A stretch of 64,000 bases of DNA from Microbotryum violaceum (taxonomy: Eukaryota): contig CDLV01000006.1 of assembly GCA_001244265.2 (NCBI GenBank), positions 2,790,001 to 2,854,000 on the forward strand, written 5' to 3'. Positions 24,601 to 37,714 of this stretch are shown here, piece by piece. The position numbers were made by a program, and so were the translations under genes. How positions within the stretch are numbered: the stretch's first letter is position 1; every line of letters begins with the position of its first letter. Below the pieces are notes generated by a model. That model ran no database searches and was not told where the DNA came from. It saw only the letters and a list, made by a program, of their open reading frames with translations.

Positions 24601-25034
24601 GGCCTGCCAGGACCCGGGAAAGCTCAGCCCAACGTGCGTCGTCTCGAAAAACGGCGATTTTTGGCCGATTTGTACACCGAATATCCCTATATAAAGGGTG
24701 TATGTATTCCGGTGTAAGACCAGATTATCGGGTTGTGTTGAAAAAATCACTCTACCATGAAAAATCACGTCATGTAGCATATCACAAGGCATAAATGGGC
24801 CCGAAAGGTACAAATCTCCGAGACGCACAATGTGGGACCAAAGTTGCCATCCTCGGGACCAAAGTGCCCTGCTATTCGCGCGATTAACCTAATTCCGATT
24901 GGTAAACGCACCTTTCTTCCGGAGCAAACGCACCAAGCTTGCGCGAAGAGTGCACCATTTGTAAGTGAACTTGCACCTTTCTACCAGGGTAGATGCGTCA
25001 AGCTTCGGGGGTAAACGCGCCCTAACGCGCCCAA

Positions 25035-25352
25035 CAGCAAAATGGCCACGCGCGCGAACCCGCCTAAGGATTCGCCCGAGATTACGCGCGCTTAACGGTG
25101 CATAAGAACGCGCATAAGAGCGCTTACGGACCGCTTTGCGTATGCAAACAAAGCGCGCGAGGAGTCTTAAGCGCGCCGCAAGCGCGCCGTAAGTGCGCTG
25201 TAAGAGTCCATTATCTAGGGTACACTTAAGCGACACTTAATAACGCGCGCGCGGCTTAACGAGTGGTTAAGGGCGCTTAAGAGCAGCTTTAGGCCGCTTA
25301 ACGACTGCTTTACGAGGTTTCGCGCGCTTACGCGCGTTTGGCCATTTTGCTG
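25035..25352. mobile_element. MITE-like element with 14-bp TIR CAGCAAAATGGCCA
   Basis: The TIR is inverted at 25339-25352. The interior is rich in GCGCGC/TAAG/CTTA modules. No clean TSD. Confidence 0.6.
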
Positions 25353-25414
25353 ATGCCCGCGTAATTGGTGATTGCACCATTTGCTCGCGGCATTGACCCA
25401 TCTTCCTTTTAGAA

Positions 25415-27791
25415 ATGAACGCCCCCCAACCCCTTTTTGTACTCCCCAGCCTTAACATGTCGTTCATAGAACCCAAAGTCAACTTATCCGGCCCCTTCTG
25501 CGCACTCCCCGCTGTGGACTGGGATTTGGCAGTCCATGGACGATGTGGAGCGGTGCTCCAACTGGCTCATCGCTCGACGCGCATCCCGAACCCTCTTCCT
25601 CCCGAAGCTCGTCACCCCGTCATGGCCCTGATGGACTCGTCGCTTCTGAAACGCCTCGAGCAGACCCTGGCCGCCTTCTTGGACGAGCACGAGCTCTTGA
25701 GCGCCGTCCTCTCCAAGACTGAGGAGCTGCTGAAGCAGACGCCAGCTCCGCTCCTGTGTACCCGCGGACCTACGTGCACCGCTACCGTCCACGACCTTCG
25801 GATCCGAGTGCTCGAACCACTCCTCAAATTCCTACTGGACCAATTGGAGCTAAAAAGCAACCCCGGGGCGTCCCCAAGTTCGCACTATCGTCTCCAGTTT
25901 CGCCCTCAGGACCCGTCCCAGCCCGATGGAGTCACGTTGGCCTTGATGAAGGATTGTCCTGGAACGTGCGTCGCTCTAATGGTTATCCACTTTGAGGAGG
26001 ATGACGATTTCCTCTCCTTTGGCCCTCAGTCCAACCTGTTCGCACGAAAAGGCGAGTGCCGGTATCACCTTCACCACGAGCGCCCGATTCCTCTCCAGAA
26101 CGGCGGCAGAAGTCATGGAGCGCAAGCCATCTTGAACAAGGTCTAACCGCTAAAACTGAGCTTATATTGGTGCCCACTCCACCGCTGACCTCGTACTTTG
26201 ACTTTTTTGCAGCTGGCGTTGCTGATGGAATCGGCGGTCGAACGCCACCTCGAGACCGGCGAGGTCATCGTTCCTGTACGATTCGGCATGATCCTCAGCA
26301 CTCAACTGGGCATCTTTGCCGAGGCCAGTGCGTACCCGTCTCGTGTTTTCGCTCTCGCCCGCGCACAGAACTTATGTGATTGTGCTTTCCCAGTTGCGAA
26401 ACCGCAGAACCCCAAGGACTTCGGGCTCATTTATTCGCCGCTGTTTCATACAATAGGCGCGATGCACACTCTCCATATGGAGAACTCCACGCTTACACGC
26501 GGATCTGTAGCACTGATGTTTCTTGCGTCAATGATCGTCACCTCGCTAAAGCCCCTGAGCCTCCTTTCGAGGTCGTACAAAGGCTTTTCGGTCAAACCGA
26601 CTCAACTGACCCGAAGAGACGGACGTTCCAGCGGAAGCCGAGGAGACGCATGCTCAAACAAGGATGGACCCCACCATCGAGCGTGGAAGTCTTCTCTGTA
26701 GACCCCTATCGTGTTGAAGCCAAACTGAGTCTCGCAGCCTGGCCAGTACGTCCGCGCATTACGACTTAAGATTGGAACCGCTCTTGATGGCCATGTTCTT
26801 CCCATGTCGTTCAGCCTCGAATCTCCATCAGCAATGGCAGGATGCCAGAAACGCGGAGTGGATACGAAGCTGTCACTTTCGAACTCGTCGAGACTGGCCC
26901 AGCTCAAGACAACAGTTCAAAGAAGCACACATCCGAATCGACGAAGCACAAACCGTGTCAGCACCTGTGTACCTTGCCCCAGCCTTGCTGTCTTTTCTAC
27001 TTGCTTTCAGGCCAAAAAGGCACTGTGACGACGCAAAGGAAGGGTTCCTGTCAGACTTGGTCGATGTAGAACCACAGTCACTTCTGCATTTGGTGCTCCC
27101 CGAGTTCATTGCAGAGGGTGGGTTTGCTGCTGTACGTGCGGGTTTGTTGATCGGCAGCTCGTCTGTGCCGGACTTGTCCATGGACGAATATCTCTCGTCT
27201 TCGATGGACGAACAGCAACACAGTGACTCGGATGCCGACACCGAAATGCATACTGCGGAAGCCGATCGACTTGGTTCATCGACCTGGATTCCCCGCACGT
27301 CCATTCCGAAGGATCAAGCGGTGGTGTTCAAGTCTTTCTGGGATGTTCCGAGTGGCGTGCACGAAGCCTTGTTCTATGCACACGTCTTTCCGCTACTACC
27401 CAGCGAGGCCCGCGCTTTACTCCCGACCTATCATGGTGCCTATCGAGATTCTAAAGGGACCAATCTGGGAATCATTTTGGGGTACGGAGGCCGGCCGATC
27501 GACGAGAAAGAGGTGGACGAGGTCCTCAAGACAAAAGTGGCGTGAGTCTGGTTGCGCGGATGTACTGGTCTTCTCTCGCCGTGGGCTTTGCAGCTGACGA
27601 TGTCAATGTCTCGCGCATGATACAGCGACGCGTTCAGAGTCTTCGACAAATGCGGCGTCGAGCACATGGATCGAGAACTGCGCAATGTCCTCGTACGCAA
27701 CGACGGCTCGTTGTGCATCATCGACTGGAACCTCGCGAGACTCAATTTTGATCGTCGCTTCCTCAAGTATGGGACAGAGTTCAGGTGGTGA
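25415..27791 (+). CDS. Hypothetical multi-exon protein with C-terminal atypical protein-kinase-like domain
   Basis: VVFKSF...HEALFY...LPTYHGAY...IILGYGG, then after an intron GVEHMDRELRNVLVRNDGSLCIIDWNLA (HxDxxxxN, DW). The N-terminal exon structure is uncertain. Confidence 0.55.
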
Positions 27792-29781
27792 GGTGATGCT
27801 GAGGAGGGTGGGGTCCCAGTGCGAGAGGTGTAAAATTGAAATGTGCGTCATTCGATGGTTCTGGAAGTTGGGGAAGATTTATATTTCGTGGGAACAGGCG
27901 CTCCGTTGCATTGTGGTGCAAGAGCCCCGACGCAGCCTCGTCGAGCGTAGCACAGCCGTTCCTCGGATCCTTCTTGTTCTGATCTCATGTGACAGCTCTC
28001 GAAGCTTCTTGTAAATTTTACAGCCCAGTAGCACAGGTACAAAGGTGAATTTGACGAGCGCTGTGGGACGAGATCGTTGGGACAGGGTCTGCTGAAGATC
28101 TTCCCCGACTTCGGAAAAGCCCGGCCTCGAATTTTGGTGATGTTGCTCCCTCCTGCACCCCACTCCACCATCAACCACTACTCGTGCCCGCCGTCTCTCG
28201 TTTTATTACTCAATAACAAGATTTTTTCCCCATCGAACACGCTTGTGGCCCCTCATCCTTGGTGCAGGGCGGACAATCGATCAAGTCCACGACCAATCCA
28301 GCCTCAACCACCCGGTCGTGCCATGCACCCCCCGCCGATCGCACCAACTTGAAGCCCGTTATCGTCCTTTCTAACTTATCGGCAACACATTCATGAAAGA
28401 TCTCCTCGGTCGAGAGGCACCTCTTGTTAGCGGTCAAATTCAAACAGCGGGCCACTGCGCAGGGGTTCAAAATTGATTCAGCTTCCCCCATAACGGGATC
28501 GACAGCCACCTTCCGAAGCGAACCATGGGCTGCGACGACCTCGTCGGCAGATTCAGATGAGGCATTTGCTAGCACTTGCATCAGTGACCTTGATTTGAAA
28601 TCGACGTCCATTCGGCGTACAACTACGAAAAAGAAGGTGGGCGGACCTCGCAAAACACTTTCATTGGCTTTGCTCTTGTCCCATGGCATATTGACACTGC
28701 ACACCACCCTGAGCAAGGGGTCATCGCTTTCGGAATCCGCCGTCCCCGAACTCCTTCGACGGGGTTGAGACCCTAGACGACGTTAACAGACACGGCCTCT
28801 TCACGTCGAGGCCCAAGCCGACACTCTGCAGGAGCCTACCTCCCTGCCAACTTCTGAACCCTAACCGCACCGTTCCTGTGCGGCCCTCGAACGTGTATGC
28901 TTGTACATGTACCCTATTAACCGCAGGCTTGCAGCTGTTTTACTCACATCATGATAGGAGCACAAATTCAGCGCTTGGCTATAAGTATGGCGATTTATGA
29001 TGGTGCTTCGCTCACCAAGATTCGACCCCGACGGAGGGTTCCCTTTATTCTCGAAGGCTACCCCTGGCTACCCCTGGCTCGTCCGGGCGGCTGCCGGACC
29101 GCTGTCACTGCAGACGTTCGCTTGCTACTTCGCAGGGAGACGCCAGACTGTAGAGCATGGAATAGACTACATACTTTTGTTACTTTTCGCTCGGACATAT
29201 TCTGGGGGTACATAACTACAAGCTGTTGGGTTCGCTGTTGGGTCCGAAGTGGGGGAATAAGCTTTCCGGCATGCTCTGAAAAGAAGATCTGAAAGGTCCC
29301 GGCTCTAGATCCCGACTCTAGATCCCGGTCCCAAGCGGTTTCCATCATTGAAAGGTGATGAAAGTGAAAAGGCTTGGACTGTGTTGTTTTGTCGAGAAGG
29401 GGTGTATTTGTCGACATCACTTCCTTCTAGTGCTAAAGGCTGACTGTATGCAGGTCAACGAGTCGCCTCCAAGCAGCCGAGTCTCTGTGGACTGCACGTC
29501 TTCAATAAAGGATCGCCGGCAATAGGCTGGCTGGGCTTGATTGCTTGACTGAGGGTTCGATTGTCGATTAGGAATACGCGTCCTTGGTCGAACGGCGCGC
29601 GCGCGCTTCAGTGGGCCTGCGTGAGTGACTGCAAGAGCAAGTCGCGAACCGTGCGCCACTGCGCGCTAGTAGACTCAGGCTGCCCAGGCTCAGCCTCCGC
29701 TGGCAAGTTGCCACCGCCCGCGCCTCTCCTTTCCGTCTCTCTGTACTGCTTGTTCTAAAACTTGGACCGAGTTTCTTCGCA

Positions 29782-32700
29782 TCTCTAAGACACATTATTA
29801 CACAATCCCCGTCATGTCACTGCTTTCTGATCTTGTACATCTCCGCACCATCGAGGTCACCCCAGAACACTTGAATCTCCACAGCCTGTTAAGCCTCGCG
29901 TCGACCACTAGCGACAGCCGGCGATCCTCCCGCCGCACCAATCAAGCGCAGTATGTGTATTCCGGTCCGCGCTTACGCAACAGTCCAGTGTCAGCACTCG
30001 ATGATGTGGTTGTCAAATACAGTCTTGGACAGCTTGTGCGCAGCAACCTAAATTTTAGCATGGATCTCCTCAAGGAGCTTTGTCGGGCGCGCCACGTGGA
30101 AGGATATTCGAGGAGGAATCCGCTTGCCAAAGAGCTATTCCTACAAGCGCTCCTTTGGCAGTGCGATCCGCACTGTAATGCTTGTTCAAATGGTATGTTT
30201 TCAGAAGGCAACAAGCGGCGAGTCCCGTGACTCCGCCACGTCGTCATTGCTTCCCTGACCACAGAGGATACGCATCAAAACCTGTTCACGTGCTTCGAAC
30301 TGAACTGAACGAGGAAATCCAGAAGAATCGCGAGAACGTCTCAGCGACTAACTCCAAACGAACGATGCACAGACGTTCACCGCTGCAGCCCGAACCCGAA
30401 CCCGAACAACCGCGTAGAGTGACATCGCATTATGCCCAAGAAGAACCCCGTAGAGTGACATCGCATTATGCTCAGCATCCGATCAGTTGAAGACCGAGAT
30501 TCGTTCTGAATGGAATGATTACTTCACCGAGGCTCCGTCTCTTCTGCTGCCTCGTGTGTTCCGAGAGAGTCTTCGGACACAACGTGCGATGGGTGCCTGA
30601 AGTCGACATGAAGCGTGAAGAATCAGGGATTTGGAAGGTATTAACCAACTCTACGCTACGCACGGACCTCCGACCACCGACTTACGATTTTTCAGCTTGG
30701 CGGGGCGCACTCATCGATCCCCGAGGTCTTCATCGACCGAGCGATTTAAACGATCGGATCGTGTATTCGTCCACGAAAGACGCGCTTCAGTCACTCTGTC
30801 CAGACTGTTTCAAAAGTTTGTTCCCTACCACAGGGCCACCGACTAAACCCCCTCGGTCGTTGAGCAACGGATTCTATCGCGCACTGGACCACGTCCCCGC
30901 TGATGTCCGAGAATGCTTCTCCAACGCGAGTCAGCTTGAGCACCTCGTCACCGGGCGCGCCAGAGCGTACAAGATCGTGTACAAGCGAACTCGTTTCGGA
31001 TATCCCGAAAGCTCAACAAGAACTTACGCGCGGAAACACCCTCATCTCAAGCCAAAACACCGCTTCGTTCACGGATGCACTGCCCATGTCATTCGAGGAA
31101 CTCGCTGACAGTGTGTGCATTCTGCGGAGGGAGCCCCAATCTTGCGAAGCTGGACAAGTTTCGACCCATGATCGTGAAGCAGAGTCGTATCCAAAAGATG
31201 TTCAGGTGGTTGATCAACGAAAGCAAGAATTCGGCGTAATTTGCCGTCTCCTTTGATGGCGATTGCACAGCTCGTTCGACGCAGTTCCGGTGCGCTCGAC
31301 CAGACCTCTCCAGCTTCTACGGCGGTTTCAGCTTCCAGTTCGACTTCGGCTTCCGTCCCGGTTGCTCCCCAAGTATCGGATCAACAAATCGCGGATGGAG
31401 ACGGTCTCGTGCCCGACGTATTTTTGACGAATGTGGTGACCGCAGAGACAGTGGAACCAACATCATCGCTCTTTGAAGGCTACGCAACAACGCATAACGA
31501 CTCTGATGAACCAGTCTTCGAACACGTCCATGTGCGGCCACCCCCTACCGACGAACCAATCCACTCATGGCAGTTCTTTGAGAAAGCTCTCCGTTAGTTT
31601 AACCAAGACAAGCCGACCTATGTCATTCCGACAGGCGACACCCCTTTGTGGGAATCTTCAGATAAGCTCCTGCTATCGAAGCTGTGGCCACACCTCGATC
31701 CATTTGGTCTCATCAGTTTATGTGTCGAGCGCGACGTAAAATTTCTCTGGACGAGCAAGTCAAGCATTGGCTCAATCTGTACGACAGCGATTTTCGATGC
31801 GACCCGTCTTTCCCATTTGGCATCGTCTCGAACATGCTCCGCCGACCAGACGTGTTTCGCCAACTCGCTTTTCGGGTCCCCAAAGAGAAGGTGGCGCGAA
31901 TCGCAACAGCACTGCTTGAAATCGGCATGGATGTTTTGGCGGAAATGATCAAGAAATCCAAGGACACGAAAAGGTACAAGGCAACAACAGAAGCAGAGAA
32001 GGATCTTAACCGTATTATGGCGGAATTGCCAAGTGTCGGAGACAAAATTCACGACACAACTACGCAGATGCTCGACACGAGGAATGAGATCCGCTGAAAC
32101 GTCAACGCGTTCGGTATGTACACCCTCTTCGTCGCCGTCAACCCGGCAGATTTACACTCACCATTGCGATGACGAGATATCTTAGCCTTGGGCGCATCAA
32201 GGACAAGTTTCTCGACCAAGCAGATACCGTTTAGGCCAACGACAAAAAGGCATTTAACTGTGGGTTGCAACGCTTTTCCCACTGTGAAAGATCTGTGGAG
32301 GAATACTGACACTCTCTGCCATTTGCTTCCCATGTCTCTCAGCGGTGGACATATTCACCACGCCTAGCCAGGCCATCTCGCGCCCAAGTCGCTCCCGGCA
32401 GTCCCGATCTCTCAACGTCAACTGAGAGCACTTTTTATAGCTGACTTCGGTGAACGCACGATGTGGGTCCCCAACGCTGCCGACCACATGCCAACACAAA
32501 CTCGTCCAGACGCGCGCTGTGACATGGGCGATGTCGAGTGATCTCAATTTACGCATTTGCACCCCCGCTCTGGCTCGATCTCGTTGCCTGCAATGTTCAT
32601 TAACGTTTGGCACATTTACACGCCTCATTCATGTGAACCGAACTGACTCGGGAACTCCGAGTCGGTGCCATGCTGCATACCCGATCCATGGCACGTTTGT

Positions 32701-32793
32701 AGTAATAGTAGCTGACGCTGTCAGTCGGTGTTATGTACTCCGTCAGAGGTTCAGGGACCCGTCGCCCCCTCCGGGGGCGCGTTAATTTATTAG
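29782..32793 (+). mobile_element. Internally deleted, degenerate Helitron
   Basis: Rep-helicase N-terminal remnants: CCLVCSE, LCPDCFKSL..PPRSLSNG, LWPHLDPFG, KISLDEQVKHWL...FRCDPSF, RNEIR*...TLFVAVNPADLHSP. A 3' hairpin CGCCCCC-TCC-GGGGGCG (32763-32779) is followed by TTAG|T. A putative A|TC start lies at 29782. Confidence 0.75.
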
Positions 32794-32948
32794 TTGAACC
32801 AGCTTCAAACGAGCTATGGTGCTAGGTTGTAGCGCCGGAGCGCGGGCGTGAGCCTCCTTTCGCTTCTCTCCACGGGCTTTCCCCCCACATCCCCGCACAA
32901 GCAGAAGCAAGGCTCTTCCTCGGTCGTACCTCGACGTAGAAGATAGTC

Positions 32949-34400
32949 ATGCTCGAAGCGATGGAGTCGTTCTGTCGTACCCGACTGGACGAGAACTGTC
33001 CGACCATCCGACTGAACCCGACCAAGTCGCTTGCTTCTCGTGGGCAGCTGGACTGTACGACCCCGATTCCCGGTGCTCAGCCGAGGTCGGCCGCGGCGAA
33101 GGTAATTCGTTCCCCGCTCGGCTTGCCCACCAGCTTCAAGTTCGTCGCACCGCGACCTCGGGCTCGATTGCTGAGCGTCGTGGTGAATCAGACCCCGTGC
33201 AAGCGTCAACGACCCATGTCGACTGTCGACTCACCCCTCAGCGATGCCGAAGAGCACCTTGGTTTCGAATCCGACGACGAAGCTCCTGAGGCGCCGCGCG
33301 AGATGACGAGATCAGCCACGGCCAAGCGCGCGCGAAGGGCCTCCCACAACAGCTTGGCCTCTGCAAGACCCTCAATTCCACGCATCCCAGCAAACCGAGC
33401 AGAGACTACCATCACGCAGAATACCTCGATTTACGACACGATCGCTCCGGAACGACTCGTCCAGGCGAGGTGCATGGACCTCCGTGGCGAGAAGCTGCAG
33501 TCAGTTCCTTTCTCCGCACCCGCGCAGTTTTAGTCGTCTTCTCGAGTCTTCGAAAGGAGCTAGCTATCGATCCCCCCAAGTCAGCGCGGCTTCACTCATG
33601 CAGCATTTTTATTCTTTTTCAACTCAATCAGGACCATTTCCGAACAAGTTGGGATCAAGATGTCAACTCTCGGAAGGTTTCTGGGTCGTCATGTGAGGGC
33701 TCACGTTTGGGTCGAAAGTCACCCGCGGGCAGCTCACTCAGGCTGACGTTCAATTTCTCGCCGGACTCAGTCGCAAAAACACGCTTGCGTCTCCAACCGT
33801 CAACGCGCAAGTATCAAAGCCGCACAGAACAGGATCTTCCCACTTGCTAAAGTCAAGTTGGATCAAGAGCAAGAAATGTGCGTGATTCCGCTGTGCTATG
33901 TGTAGATTCAGAGCGTCACTAAAGCCGCGGTCTTGATTGACCCAGCCAAGTCGCTGAGGTCACCTCGGTGCTCAGCGAGGTGGTGGTGGTGGTGGAGGAG
34001 GAGGAGGAGGAGGAAGAGGAGGAAAAGAATGAGACGGAGTTCAAGACGCTCGAACAAGTTCAGTCAGTGGAACAAGTTCAGTCAGACGAAGAGAGCGACA
34101 CCTCGGAGTCCGATTCCGAAGACGAGGGGATGACAGCCCCGTCCACGCCCGAGTCATCTCCTTTTGCCCCTTCATCTAGCGAAAGCTCGAGGCCACGCAA
34201 CCATCGTCACAAGGGAATGAAGCGTTACACCGACGACGTCTTGATCGCTTGCGCGAAGCTTCACTTTCAAGGTCGAGCCCCAAGGTAGGTGACCATGCCT
34301 TCTATAGCTGGGTGGACCCCATCAACCCGTAGGAGCGCTAAGAAGCGCGAGGCTGTCTGTAGTGTTATCGTGCGTGTTCAAGCCATCACCTCCGCCACGC
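32949..34400 (+). CDS. Hypothetical acidic/low-complexity protein, possible distant relative of the HTH genes at 37.7-41.1 kb
   Basis: ORF segments ERLVQARCMDLRGEKL and RYTDDVLIACAKLHFQG, each followed by an intron-like donor. The gene model is uncertain. Confidence 0.3.
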
Positions 34401-34895
34401 TCTACGATCTAATTCATTGTGAATCTCGCGCCAAGGTAGGTCATTCTCCACACCTCATCATCAAAATGGTTCACTGAGCCAACCTCTGTCGCTTAAAACA
34501 GATGTACAGCCGAACGTGGTTCGAACGCCGGGTGAGGTGCCTCGAGATTGGGAAAGCACAAGCTGCTCAGGAGAAAGCGAATGCGCAAGCCGAATCGTCG
34601 AGGAAACGTCGCGGCTACAGCGCATAGTCCGACACCAAAAGCAAAAATCGCTTAGGAAGCCTCGCAATCAGTGATTCGAAAAGGTGTCAGGGACTTTCTT
34701 TAGCCGATATCCCATGTAGCATCCCCAGAACCACTTTTCGCGCGTTCTTTAGTTCACTGTAACCCCTAAAAGGGAATTGACTCAAAGGAGACCAAGATGG
34801 TCAAGTCTTACATTTGAGTAACCGATAGCATCGAAATCGAGCGACGGAACGCACAATCAAACAACAAAAAAACTGTCTTCTAGCCGCACAGAGTA

Positions 34896-37188
34896 TCAAG
34901 GGTACACATCCCCTTTCCAGACCCGAACCAAATCCTGCGCACTCGTCCACCTCGGAACCGACTTTCCCTTCTTCCCTTTGGGCGCCTGTTCGAGAACCTG
35001 ACTCCTCAACCTCGCTTCCATTCCAACGAGCGTCTCATACCACTTTATCTCTTCCGCTGCTCGTGCGATGCTCATTGATTTGCCGGAGACGGGACGACGG
35101 AGTTTTTTGGCGTGCAGGAGCTTGAGCGACAGGTAGTGCAACCAGTAGAGGTTCGTGATTGGGTGGAAGCCTTCCCAGTCATCTTTGATGAGGTCGCGCA
35201 TCGTGCGGTAGACGTCGAATTGCGGGTCACCTGCGCAGGACGAGGAGATGTGAGGGTTAAACTCTGATTGCTGCGCATGGGGAGGGGGACAATCCGTACC
35301 TTGGCCATCAAAGACTTCTTCGTCGTCAAAGGCGTCAAAGATGACGAAGCCATCACTTGATTTGGCGCGTGAAAGTGTGAAATCGATCAACGTGACTTGC
35401 AGACCTGTATGTTGGGAATCTAATGGAGCAGCGACTGAGTCGGGAGTGAGGCCTGTAAGGGAGAGGGCAGCAGAGTCGAGAGCTAGCAAGGGCGGGGTCG
35501 ACTTTTGAATGGGCTTGACCAGCAGGTTCCCCCAGTGCAGATCGCGGTGCTGTGAGAGCTTGCGATCTATCAGCTCAGAGCATGTCAATTCAATCGTGAG
35601 AAGTCTGAATTGGCACCCACCTCAAATTCAACTTTCTCCTCCCCCCTCGCGCAAGCCTGCGCAGCCTGCCACAACACACTCGCGGCGTCCTTCCAGCTCT
35701 TGAGCTTGAAACTCTCGAGATCCGTCCCCGCATGGGCGAGGCAAATGATGGCGTAGACTTGGGTGTCGTGGAGTACGCTCGGTCGTATTTGAGCGTCGCA
35801 GTCCGCTCGACGTTCTCTTTGGAGTCGGCGTCGGTAGAGATCCCATTCGGACAAGAGGCGGGAAGGGTAGGGCCCTTGCACGATGAAGGCGCTGCGTGAC
35901 GAAGAAACCCTTTCAGGAACGAAGAAGCAAGGGTCAAATTTTGGTGGCCTTCGATCACTCACCCTTTGTACTCCACGAAACCCTCGATCCCATGAATTCC
36001 TTCTCCGAACAACGCACTCGCCCAAATCTCCCTCTGCACCGCCGTCCAATCCGAAACAAACGGCAAGTGATTGCCTATATTCGGGTCCAATACCCCAGCT
36101 GCAGCTTCGACGTTGGAGACGGGTATGATCTTGATGACCATTTGTTCGCCTTCTTCCCCTTCGCTCGCGAAGACCTCGGAATAGGACGCCTCGCCGATCT
36201 TGGTCCATTTTGTACCGGCCGAGATAGAAAAGGGCGAAGGAGGGGAACTAACGAAGGAGGTAAAGTCGTAAGGGACTGGTGTGGCGGTGATGGACATCAG
36301 CTCCTTGAGGAAGCTCGGATAGGTCGAGGTTGTTTTGTTAATCTCGGGTCGGCGAGAGATCGAGGCGGGGCTACGACTCGAAGTATCGGTTCGCGTGAGG
36401 TCTTCTTCACAATCTTCGTCCTCTAGAATTAGCGTGCGACTCTTGTTGATGCTGAGCGAGTTAAAGGAGTTGTATATCTCGACGGATCCGTCCAATTCGC
36501 TGGAGAATAGCGCTCTCGGGGATCGAGGCGACAAATCGCGCGTCGATGCACGTGGTGTAGGGGTAATCTTTGAAGACGAAGCTTTGGGTGCCCGTCGCAC
36601 TGGAACGTGGACGCCATCGAATTGAAGGCTGGATTGGGCAAGCTTGCTGCTTTTAGCCGGTACGGACGGATCGGGTCGCACGGAAAGATTCTTCTTGCGC
36701 GGCGAGCCGAGCGGAGTGGTGGGTCGCACTTGGAGGGGACGAATAGGTTTGCGAGGACCGGAAACTATGTGAAGGGCCTGCGAAGACGGCTTCCGTGCGG
36801 TAGTGTTCTTGGAGGCGGTGATGACGGTGGGCACGACGTTCTCTTTATCGGTCGCCGGTGGTGCGGTTCCAGCACGCCGGAGCGCAACCGAAGTGGCAAG
36901 ATCTCGCTTGCCTTGTGATTGGTACCGGACATTCGATTTCGACTTGAGTAAGGGCATGCCGACGGGTTTGGGCGGCTGGTCGTAGTCGGTATCAGTGTCG
37001 CTGTCGTCATCGTTGCTCTCTCCGCTCGAGCTGAGCGTGATGCTCGGCATCTTAGTTTGTGGCACCGACTCCTTATTGCTAATCGCCTCTTCGTCATCCC
37101 ATAGCGATTGACTGGTCCTGTTGATGGTGTGAGTCTTGCGTTTACCGTAGGCCTTAAAAGTGCGCGTCGAGGCTCCAGGAAGCGGCAT
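34896..37188 (-). CDS. Haspin-family kinase (Alk1/Alk2/Hrk1-like), multi-exon
   Basis: KIGEASYSEVF, VIKIIP, FE-HRDLHWGNLLV, LIDFTLSR, GDPQFDVYRTMR, WEGFHPITNLYWLHYL. Confidence 0.92.
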
Positions 37189-37714
37189 GTTGAGTGAACC
37201 GGACCAGGCGCCGCGCGAGGCGGAACGAACGGGGGGCGAGGAGCCAGAGCAGCCCCAAATTAGGAACCTAAACGAACGCCGAGTGTTGTTGGGGCGGTGT
37301 AGGTAAGGTGCGGCAAAATGGAGTGGCGGGATGACAAGCGTGTCGGCGCGCGGTCGGGCCAAGGATGATTCGGCCGCACGCGCGGGGGCAGTCTGGGGCA
37401 GTCGCAAAGGGTCCGTGCGCATGGATTTCACGAATCTTTCGGCTGTCCGCGTGACAACAATCTCCGATCACGGGCCCAAGGTGATCACTTTTTTAGACTC
37501 GACAGCAGAAGATTTTGAACAAGATACATTGCTTTTCAGCCCTATTTCTAAAAACTCTGTTACTGAGGAAATGATGCGAGCATTTTTTTAGGCGACGAGT
37601 GGCTGAGGACGACGAGTCGGAGTTACGGCGAATTTGAACTTGCTGCCACGTACAGAAGCAAACACCTATATCTCACTTGGCGCTGCTAACCTATCTCTTG
37701 AGCTTGAACAAACA

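Noticed and set aside
28210-28716. 168-aa minus-strand ORF
   Set aside because: No recognisable domain and the surrounding frames are interrupted; a call cannot be supported.
30405-30475. 36-bp tandem duplication (PRRVTSHYAQ x2)
   Set aside because: Local slippage inside a dead Helitron.
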